From positions 1 to 17,150 of the forward strand of contig JBBRNJ010000127.1 in the NCBI GenBank assembly GCA_038230375.1: a stretch of 17,150 nucleotides of DNA, in the 5' to 3' direction. This stretch comes from Polyangiales bacterium (GTDB taxonomy: Bacteria > Myxococcota_A > Polyangia > Polyangiales > Polyangiaceae). A program made the translations under genes and the position numbers. A model generated the notes under the pieces. The model made no database searches. It worked only from the letters and a program-made list of their open reading frames with translations, and was not told the DNA's origin. Numbering within the stretch: position 1 is the first letter of the stretch; every line of letters starts with the position of its first letter. Of the stretch, positions 8,901 through 16,920 are shown piece by piece.

Positions 8901-9458
8901 TCAGGCGGGACCTTCGCCGCTGGTGGGCGTGGTGGGTGGCTTGGGGGGCGGGGGCACGGTACCGGGTGGCATGTGGATACCGGACAGGCCAACGAACTCC
9001 ACACCGACGATCACGCCGTCGGGCTCCTCTTGAACCCACACCACCCGCGCGCGGCGGTCCGCGTAGTCATCGCCGTCGCCGAGGGTCACGAGGTACTCGC
9101 CGCCGAGCTCCACCTTCTCTTCGAGGATGCACCGAAGGCCGCCACGACTCAGGTTCAGCGCCCATCCCTCGAGCTCCGTGGTGCTGCCGGGCAGCTTCAA
9201 GATCACGCGCTCGGTGACCTCGCGTCGCGCCCCACCGCGACGCATGGCGTGCGAGCCGGACACGGACTTCTGCGGGCCGGTTGGGCCGTTTGTGGGAATC
9301 GGTCCGGTGGGCCCTGCCGGCATGGGCATCGTGCCTGTCCCGGTCGTGGGGCGGGCGGCAGGCGTTCCGGCGGTTTCGAGGGCCCCGGCCGTTTCGATCA
9401 CGGCGGCGGGAGCGATCGGCTCGGCCGAGGGATCGGGGGAATCGGGACTCTTCGTCAC
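8901..9458 (-). CDS. Stand-alone PilZ-domain protein (predicted c-di-GMP receptor) with Pro-rich flanks
   Basis: RxxxR (RGGAR) and [D/N]xSxxG (NLSRGG) motifs, followed by ARVVWV..GVEF. Start uncertain; the GTG at 9458 was chosen because a promoter-like element sits directly upstream. Confidence 0.8.
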   Translation of the reverse strand: MTKSPDSPDPSAEPIAPAAVIETAGALETAGTPAARPTTGTGTMPMPAGPTGPIPTNGPTGPQKSVSGSHAMRRGGARREVTERVILKLPGSTTELEGWALNLSRGGLRCILEEKVELGGEYLVTLGDGDDYADRRARVVWVQEEPDGVIVGVEFVGLSGIHMPPGTVPPPPKPPTTPTSGEGPA

Positions 9459-9466
9459 AACTCGCA

Positions 9467-9496
9467 ATTCTAGCGGGTCTTTTTTCAAGATCGCAA
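9467..9496 (-). promoter_or_regulatory. Putative sigma70-type promoter for the PilZ-MoxR cluster
   Basis: Minus strand reads TTGCGA-N18-TAGAAT in an AT-rich intergenic stretch, 8 nt before the GTG at 9458. Confidence 0.5.
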
Positions 9497-9629
9497 TGAG
9501 AAGGCCCCCCGGGACCGAAAATATCCCTCCAAATGGCCGATTCCTCGCGCCGCCGGGGCGGTTCACGGCGGCCTGTGATTTGCGTAGCGCGTGGTTGGTG
9601 CTTGCGTTGCGAGGCTGACACCGCTTCTA

Positions 9630-10097
9630 ATGAGAGCCACATTCCGAGAGAGTCGCTTGACCCCCCCCCTGCTCAAAAAAGCCCTCATTGCACAAGGTTT
9701 CGAGGTGTTCCGAACCCTCAAGGACGAGATCGTCCTCGCGGAGCGCGTTCGCGAGAACCTGATCCTGGACTCCGGCATCCGCGTTCGGGCCACGGAAAAT
9801 GACGAGGAGTTCGAGGTCCGCCTCGTTCTGCGCGCCGAGAAGAGCGACTTTCCGAGCGAGGACGACGACGCGCTGTTCAAGCGGGTCCGGACCCTGGCCG
9901 TCCCGGCAATGGACCTGGGGTATTCCGAGATCTCCGCGCAGGTCACGCCCATGAACGACCCGTCGGAGCCCGACAAGACCCTCGACACCTTCTACGAGCT
10001 CTTCCTGGTGAAGAAGATCACCGGTGGCATGGAAGCGGTAGGAGTCGAAGTGAAAAAGGCCTTCACCCTGGCCAAGACCGTCGCCCATACTCACTGA
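9630..10097 (+). CDS. Hypothetical cytoplasmic protein (~150 aa)
   Basis: Globular-looking composition and typical codon bias; no family recognised. Start is ATG 9630 or the downstream in-frame TTG. Confidence 0.75.
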   Translation: MRATFRESRLTPPLLKKALIAQGFEVFRTLKDEIVLAERVRENLILDSGIRVRATENDEEFEVRLVLRAEKSDFPSEDDDALFKRVRTLAVPAMDLGYSEISAQVTPMNDPSEPDKTLDTFYELFLVKKITGGMEAVGVEVKKAFTLAKTVAHTH

Positions 10098-10169
10098 GCA
10101 AGCGCGCGACGCCGGGCCTAGACATCGCTTCCGGCACTTCGGGCGACGTGGTAAGCCCCGAACCCTGCC

Positions 10170-11876
10170 ATGTTGGACCTGTTCAGAAAGCGCGGGCTTA
10201 CCTCGATCGTCTACGGCGTGATCATCGTCGGCATGATCCTCGTCTTCGTCATCAACTTCCGCCCGAACGCGAACCAGAAGTCGGCGTCCTTGCGCGAAGC
10301 CTGCGCCGCGACCGTGAAGGGCAACTGCATCGACCCGAAGTCGCACCGCGCATCCTACCGCGTGATGATCCCTCGCGATCAGAGCGGTAACCTCATGACC
10401 GATCGCGCGAAGGCCATGGGCCTCAACAAGATCGCGCTGGACGGCCTCATCGAGCGCGAGCTCCTCATCAGCGAAGCCGAGCGCCTCGGGCTCACCGTCA
10501 GCGAGGACGAGCAGAACCAGGCCGTCCTCGGCGGCTTCATCTACGTCAGCGTGCCCATGGAGAACCCGCGCCTCGCGATGTCTCTGCGCATCCCGGACGG
10601 CTACATCTACGCGGGCTTCAAGGACCAGAAGACCAAGGCCTTCGACATGAAGAGCTACGAGCGCCAGGTCCGCGTCATCACCGGCCGCTCCGCGACCGAG
10701 TTCAAGGAGTGGCAGGCCCGTGAGCTCCTCGCCGCCAAGATGCGCGATCTGGTGCGAGCGCCCATCCGCGTCAGCGAGTCCGAGGCCCTGGAGATGTACG
10801 TGGGCGAGAAGAGCTCCGCGACGATCTCCTACGTGCCGGTCCGCTTCGAGTGGGCCGAGAGCTACATGATCGATGCCTCGCCGGCGAACGTGAAGGAGTG
10901 GATGAAGGACAAGTCCAACGCCGATCAGGCGAAGGAGGCGAACATCCGCCACATCCTCATCCGCGCCGCCGAAGGTGACGCCGGTCCCGGCGCCAAGGAC
11001 GTTGCCAAGAAGAAGGCCGAGGACATCATCGCGCGCATCAAGGGCGGCGAGGATTTCGAGAAGCTCGCGAAGCAGTACTCGCAGGATCCGGGCAGCGCCG
11101 TGAACGGCGGCAGCCTCGGCACCGCGAAGAGCGACGGATTCGTGAAGCCCTTCAAGGACGGCGCGGACGCACTCAAGGGCGGCGAGATGACGGACAAGCC
11201 CGTCGAGTCGCAGTTCGGCTTCCACATCATCAAGAAGGACGACGCGTCGGTCACGGCCTACAAGAAGGCGAAATCGCTCGAGGCCGCGAAGGACCTCGCG
11301 AACAAGATCCAGGCCGCGATCAAGAATGGTCAGCAGCCCGAGGACGCCGTGAAGGCCGCGCTCGCCCCGTACGTGAAGCCCGCGAAGAAGCCTGAGGCAG
11401 CCGACGGCGCAGACAAGGCCGACGGCGGCGCGCCGGCAGAGGCGCCCAAGACGGCGGACACCGATCCCACGCGCCCCATGGTCGACACCTCCAGCGCGTT
11501 CACGCGCGGCGGCGAGGCGATCCCGCAGCTCCAGGGAGACGGCAACGGCGAGATCGGCAAGCTCGCATTCGCACCCGACGCGAAGGTCGGCGCCATGCTC
11601 GGCGAGCCGCTCCGCGCGCAGGACGGCTTCTACGTTGTCATCTTGAAGTCCACGAAGGCCGCGGGTCGCGCGGAGTTCGACAAGGACCGCGACGGCTACA
11701 CCGGCGCAATCCTCGCCGCGAAGCAGGCCGAGGCGCTCTCGCTCTACGTGCGTCGCCTCCGCGAGACAGCGAAGCCCGACATCAAGATCGACGAGACCTT
11801 CCTCACGGACGGCACGGCAAAGTCCGACGGCGGCGCGCCCATCGCTCCGATGGAAGACGAGGGCGAGGAGCCCTGA
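10170..11876 (+). CDS. PpiD/SurA-like membrane-anchored periplasmic chaperone with a parvulin PPIase domain
   Basis: N-terminal anchor (IVYGVIIVGMILVFVINF); SurA-N-like ALDGLIERELLISEAERLGLTVSEDE; parvulin motifs RHILI, FEKLAKQYSQDPGSAVNGGSLG and PVESQFGFHII. Confidence 0.88.
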   Translation: MLDLFRKRGLTSIVYGVIIVGMILVFVINFRPNANQKSASLREACAATVKGNCIDPKSHRASYRVMIPRDQSGNLMTDRAKAMGLNKIALDGLIERELLISEAERLGLTVSEDEQNQAVLGGFIYVSVPMENPRLAMSLRIPDGYIYAGFKDQKTKAFDMKSYERQVRVITGRSATEFKEWQARELLAAKMRDLVRAPIRVSESEALEMYVGEKSSATISYVPVRFEWAESYMIDASPANVKEWMKDKSNADQAKEANIRHILIRAAEGDAGPGAKDVAKKKAEDIIARIKGGEDFEKLAKQYSQDPGSAVNGGSLGTAKSDGFVKPFKDGADALKGGEMTDKPVESQFGFHIIKKDDASVTAYKKAKSLEAAKDLANKIQAAIKNGQQPEDAVKAALAPYVKPAKKPEAADGADKADGGAPAEAPKTADTDPTRPMVDTSSAFTRGGEAIPQLQGDGNGEIGKLAFAPDAKVGAMLGEPLRAQDGFYVVILKSTKAAGRAEFDKDRDGYTGAILAAKQAEALSLYVRRLRETAKPDIKIDETFLTDGTAKSDGGAPIAPMEDEGEEP

Positions 11877-11881
11877 CCTCC

Positions 11882-13183
11882 CTGAAAACGCGCACCGATC
11901 TCCCGACAGCCTTCAAGGAGAAGACACTCAGCACAGGCCTGCGCGTGGTGGCGGCGCCGCAGCCCGACCTCCATCGGGCGCATGTGGCGCTCTACGTGCG
12001 CGTGGGCTCGCGCTTCGAGACCGCGAAGACGAACGGCGTGTCGCACTTCCTGGAGCACATGCTCTATCGCGGCACCAACGCGATCACGTCCGCGCACGAG
12101 GTGAACCTCGCGTTCGAGCGCCTTGGCGGATACTTGTATGCTGCAACTCATACCGACTTCGGCGTCTTCTCCGTCACGCTGCCGCCGGAGTCGCTGGCAG
12201 AGGCCGCCGCGCTGTTCGCAGAGGTGCTGTCGCGTCCGGTGTTCCGCGACATAGACACGGAGTGCGGCATCGTCTGTGAGGAGATCCTGGAGGACCTGGA
12301 CGACGAGGGTCGCATGGTGGACGCGGACAACCTGTCGCGCTCGCTCATCTACGGCGATCATCCGCTGGGCTTCACCATCACCGGGACCGAGGCGCAGGTC
12401 CGCGCGTTCGACAAGCCCACGCTCGCGCACCACCACAAGAAGCACTACACGCAGGCATCGTCCGTCCTCGTGTTCTCCGGCGCCGTCGATCCGAAGCAGG
12501 TCCTCGCGCTGGCGGACAAGCACTGGAAGGATCTCCCCGCGGGCAAGCCGATCCGCGCGAAGAAGCCCGTGCACACGCAGGAAAAGCCGCGACTCCAGAT
12601 CGTCCCCAACATGAGCAGCCAGACGGAGCTGCGCGTGTGCCTGCGCGCGATCCCGGAGCGCTCGCCCATGCGTCCCGCCATGGACATGCTCATGCGCATC
12701 CTGGACGACGGGATGTCGACGCGCCTCTACCACCGGCTCTCGGACGAGCGCGGCCTCTGCTACGACGTCAGCGCATCGTTCGATGGCTACGAGGACGACG
12801 GCGTGCTCGACTTCGCGGCCAGCTGCCAGCACGACCGGTTGCACACGGTCACGCGCGAGATCCTCTCGCTCATGAAGGAGCTCGCCAAGGATGGCCCCAC
12901 GCCCGCGGAGCTCGCAAAGGCCAAGCAGCGCAACGCGTGGGACGTGCGCGCCATGGCGGACTCACCAGAGGACTGGGGTGGCTTCTTCGCGGGCGGGCAT
13001 CTGTTCGATCGCTTCGAGACTCCGTGGGAGCGGCTCGAGAAGAACTCCAAGGTCACCGCCGACGACATCAAGCGAATGGCGGCCTACCTCGCGCGGCCCA
13101 CGCAGCTGAACGTTCTTGCGGTAGGCATGGTCGAGGGTAAGAACCACGACCGCCTGAAGAAGGTCATCTCGGACTTCAGCTGA
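11882..13183 (+). CDS. M16 (pitrilysin/insulinase family) zinc metallopeptidase
   Basis: Inverted zinc motif HFLEH, VGSRFE, and C-domain DGMSTRLYHRLSDERGLCY. The family N-terminal motif TLSTGLRVV lies upstream of the ORF-track GTG (11945), so the start is placed at an in-frame CTG (11882 or 11873). Confidence 0.9.
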   Translation: MKTRTDLPTAFKEKTLSTGLRVVAAPQPDLHRAHVALYVRVGSRFETAKTNGVSHFLEHMLYRGTNAITSAHEVNLAFERLGGYLYAATHTDFGVFSVTLPPESLAEAAALFAEVLSRPVFRDIDTECGIVCEEILEDLDDEGRMVDADNLSRSLIYGDHPLGFTITGTEAQVRAFDKPTLAHHHKKHYTQASSVLVFSGAVDPKQVLALADKHWKDLPAGKPIRAKKPVHTQEKPRLQIVPNMSSQTELRVCLRAIPERSPMRPAMDMLMRILDDGMSTRLYHRLSDERGLCYDVSASFDGYEDDGVLDFAASCQHDRLHTVTREILSLMKELAKDGPTPAELAKAKQRNAWDVRAMADSPEDWGGFFAGGHLFDRFETPWERLEKNSKVTADDIKRMAAYLARPTQLNVLAVGMVEGKNHDRLKKVISDFS

Positions 13184-13189
13184 AGCGCG

Positions 13190-13214
13190 CTTCTTGCGAC
13201 CTCCGAGCAAGAAG
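13190..13214. terminator. Hairpin between convergent genes, possible bidirectional terminator
   Basis: CTTCTTGC-N9-GCAAGAAG forms a perfect 8-bp stem in the 43-bp gap; no strong U-tract. Confidence 0.5.
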
Positions 13215-13226
13215 GCGACGTGACGG

Positions 13227-14012
13227 TCACCAGTTGTTGTCGTACGTCTGGCAGCCGCCAAAGCTCGCGGTGTCCACGAACCGCGGTTCACACCCCACCG
13301 CGTGCTTCTTCTTGCACCCGTCGATGCACGCTTCGCTTGGCGCCTTCGACGGGTCACGCTTGTCCTGACAGGCGTCGATGCACGCGTGGGTGCGCTCGCA
13401 GATCTGGAATGGCGTGCCGTTCCCCTTGCAGCCGAACTTGGTGCGCCACGCCTCGTGATAGCGCGCGACCCTCTTCACGCACTCACCCGTGTAGCAACGG
13501 TCGCGGCCCGAGAGGCAGCCCTGGACGCATGCACCCGCGGCCTGTCCGCACCTCTGGTCGCACGCGCCTTCGCCCTTGCACGGGGTGCGGCAGGTCGTGA
13601 GCGCGGTGCCGCAGATGCCCGCGCACTCGCCGCAGTCCTTTGCGCATCCGAGCTTGCAGTCCCACTCCACGGCCTCTGCGTTCGGGATGCAGGACTGTTC
13701 GGGGACCTGGAAGTTGCACGCGCGCGGGTCCGCCACGTCATCGGGCACAGTCGCCCCGCGGAGCAACGCGCGCACGCCAGCGGGGTCGGTCCAGGCGACG
13801 AACTTCTCCTGGCCCGCGTCGACGACCGCGGGCGAGTCGCCGGATGCGACCGGTGCAACGGACGCAGGTCGCGCGGCTGCCGCGGGCACGCTGGCGACGC
13901 TCACGGGCTGCTTCGGTCGCGACGCTCCATCTTGATTTCGCTCCGTGCAAGCCGATGACAACGCGGGAAACATCGCCACGACGACCGCCGCCCTCCATGC
14001 CCGCATCCCCAT
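13227..14012 (-). CDS. Cysteine-rich lipoprotein
   Basis: Signal MGMRAWRAAVVVAMFPALSSA-C, an Ala/Pro linker, then 23 more Cys, many arranged as CxxxC. Confidence 0.8.
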   Translation of the reverse strand: MGMRAWRAAVVVAMFPALSSACTERNQDGASRPKQPVSVASVPAAAARPASVAPVASGDSPAVVDAGQEKFVAWTDPAGVRALLRGATVPDDVADPRACNFQVPEQSCIPNAEAVEWDCKLGCAKDCGECAGICGTALTTCRTPCKGEGACDQRCGQAAGACVQGCLSGRDRCYTGECVKRVARYHEAWRTKFGCKGNGTPFQICERTHACIDACQDKRDPSKAPSEACIDGCKKKHAVGCEPRFVDTASFGGCQTYDNNW

Positions 14013-14070
14013 CGCAGCATTGTGCCCGAAACAATTTGCATGATGTAGGCAAATAGATTACTGGGAGCCT

Positions 14071-14316
14071 GTGCAGCAGAGGCAGGACTCGAGCAACATC
14101 CTCGATCTGGTGGAGCGCATCCGAGAAGAGGCTGCCTGTCGCCACGTGGTCCCGTGCGCCACATGCAATGCGTCGATCGACACGGATCTCTCGGCGACGA
14201 CCTGCTTCGCGTGCGGCGAGACCATCCACCTTGACTGCGCGGAGGACCATCTCCTGATGTGCGAAGCGCCGCTCGCCATCGGGCGCCCTCTCCTTGGGCC
14301 GCGCCGACTCGGCTGA
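14071..14316 (+). CDS. Small zinc-finger protein (C-x2-C-x12-C-x2-C-x4-H-x2-C-x3-H-x3-C)
   Basis: 81 aa with high G/C at third codon positions and GGGAG just upstream of the GTG. Fits between the flanking genes and has a regular Cys/His pattern. Confidence 0.7.
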   Translation: MQQRQDSSNILDLVERIREEAACRHVVPCATCNASIDTDLSATTCFACGETIHLDCAEDHLLMCEAPLAIGRPLLGPRRLG

Positions 14317-14343
14317 TTGATCCTCCTCCGCCTGGAACGAGCC

Positions 14344-15246
14344 TCACACGAACTCGAGCAGGAGCTCGGCCAGGGGCGTTGGTTCGGTCCAGTGCATCAT
14401 GTGCCCTGCCTCCGGGAGCTCCTTGCGGGTCAGGTGTTGAAACGCCGAGAGTCGCTCCTCTTCGTCGCCCGGATGAAAGCCGTGCGGCCCCCCGCTCACG
14501 AACAGCACGGGACAGGTGACTGCGGTCGCGAACGCGCGGAACACCTGCGCGGAGAATGGAGTGGGCGAGGGGGTGCGATGGAGCGGATCGAAGGCCCACG
14601 TCAGAAGCCCGTCCTCTCTCGTTCGTGTCAGGTGCGGGAGCTGTGCGCGGAGGATGTCCTTGGGGATGCGGCCGTGGTTCATGCTGAGGCTCGAGATCGC
14701 CTCGTCCTCGGTCATCGGACGGCCGTGCCCACCGCTGCTCTCCGCGCCGCGGATCTTCTGCACCTCGTCCACCCAGCGCCGCATGCGCAGCGGCGCGGCG
14801 CTCGCTTCCAACTCGGGCGGGCCAAGGCCCTCCATGTTCACCAGCTTCGCGACGCGCTCGGGGAATGAGCCGGCGAAGAGCGTGGCGACCGTGCCGCCCA
14901 TGGAGTGGCCCACCACGGTGACGCGCTCCTTACCGGCCTGCGCGACGTGCGCGATGATCTCCGCAAGGTCGAAGACGTAGTCCGCGAAGTGATAGTAGGC
15001 GCCCGCAGGCACGCGCGCGCCCGCACCGAAGCCGCGAAAATCCGGCGCATACACCACGTGGCCCGCTGCGGCGAGCTTCGGTGCCACGCCTGCAAACGTC
15101 CCTGCCGCATCCATGAATCCGTGCAGCAGCATCACCACGCGCCCGTCGCGGGCGTCCCCCGAGATTCCCCGTTGCGTGTCCCCCCATCGCAGCACCGCGT
15201 GTGAAAGGCCATTCGCGAAGATGATCTCGGACGTCGCTTGCTCCAT
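14344..15246 (-). CDS. Alpha/beta fold hydrolase
   Basis: LLHGF oxyanion motif, DFRGFG, nucleophile elbow GHSMGG, catalytic His in AGHMMH. Confidence 0.93.
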   Translation of the reverse strand: MEQATSEIIFANGLSHAVLRWGDTQRGISGDARDGRVVMLLHGFMDAAGTFAGVAPKLAAAGHVVYAPDFRGFGAGARVPAGAYYHFADYVFDLAEIIAHVAQAGKERVTVVGHSMGGTVATLFAGSFPERVAKLVNMEGLGPPELEASAAPLRMRRWVDEVQKIRGAESSGGHGRPMTEDEAISSLSMNHGRIPKDILRAQLPHLTRTREDGLLTWAFDPLHRTPSPTPFSAQVFRAFATAVTCPVLFVSGGPHGFHPGDEEERLSAFQHLTRKELPEAGHMMHWTEPTPLAELLLEFV

Positions 15247-15275
15247 GCTCGGTCATGATAATGTGAGCAGCCGAA

Positions 15276-16283
<1,008 letters not shown>

Positions 16284-16336
16284 CCGTCACGACCCTTCGC
16301 TAGCGAGCCTCGCGCGGCCAGGACGACGAAGAAAAC

Positions 16337-16365
16337 TTGACGCGGAGCCAAATTCGCGACAGAAG
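16337..16365 (+). promoter_or_regulatory. Putative promoter: TTGACG-N17-CAGAAG
   Basis: Near-consensus -35 preceded by an A-rich tract (GAAGAAAAC); weak -10; a GTG follows 7 nt later. Confidence 0.4.
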
Positions 16366-16372
16366 GGGGCCC

Positions 16373-16504
16373 GTGACCATCCTCGACAAGACCGCTTCCT
16401 GGCTGATGAGCCTCTTTGGTATCTCTGCCGGATCCCGTCGTCGCCGTCGTCGCGCCATGTTCCCGCATCCGTTGATGCTGGGTGGGTTGTCTTTCGGGGC
16501 GTGA
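16373..16504 (+). CDS. 43-aa small ORF with six consecutive Arg codons; candidate leader peptide or microprotein
   Basis: MTILDKTASWLMSLFGISAGSRRRRRRAMFPHPLMLGGLSFGA*; too short to appear in the ORF track; directly follows the promoter-like element. Confidence 0.45.
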   Translation: MTILDKTASWLMSLFGISAGSRRRRRRAMFPHPLMLGGLSFGA

Positions 16505-16681
16505 TCGCGCTGGTGGCGTGAGGTTTGACTTCGACGAGGCGGCTGCATCGCCGGCCTTTGTCGCGCGGGCCTTTCATGCCCCTCATTTCGCTCCGAAATG
16601 AGCCTCCTCCCGTTTCGCTTCCGTGAGGTCGTGCTTCGCACGACGTAGGGTGACTGGTACGGCCGACGCTAGCGCACCGGC

Positions 16682-16863
16682 GTCGAGGTCATGTCGAAGT
16701 CGAGGTCGGCGTCGAGGTCGTCGTCGAAGTCGTCGTCGATGTCGAGGTCGAGGTCGTCGTCGATGTCGAGGTCGAGGTCGATGTCGAGGTCGAGGTCGAG
16801 GTCGAGGTCGAGGTCGAGGTCGAGGTCGAGGTCGAGGTCGAGGTCGAGGTCGAGGTCGTCGTC
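16682..16863. repeat. (GTCGAG)n hexamer array with in-phase variants
   Basis: 12 perfect GTCGAG units at 16783-16854, flanked by GTCGAT/GTCGAA/GTCGTC/GTCGGC variants. Confidence 0.95.
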
Positions 16864-16920
16864 CTTGTTGTTCTCGTCGTTGTTTGGGTCTTCTCCCATT
16901 CGCTTGTAGACTGGGCGGCC

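Noticed and set aside
9627..11225. Long antisense or alternate-frame ORFs (9627-11225, 2740-4311, 11744-12844, 15132-16253, 7960-9033, 1010-2053 and others)
   Set aside because: Shadow ORFs expected in high-GC DNA overlapping well-supported genes; no recognisable motifs.
16403..16410. CTGATGAG, the hammerhead ribozyme core motif
   Set aside because: No stem II closed by GAAA follows. The next GAAA is ~185 nt away and its flank does not pair in the required register.
16365..16690. Possible tmRNA (GGGGGC...TCGAC start, short internal ORF)
   Set aside because: No tRNA-like 3' end (T-arm plus CCA) and no tag peptide ending in the usual ..AA.
16682..16863. CRISPR array
   Set aside because: 6-bp tandem units without unique spacers; no cas genes in the window.
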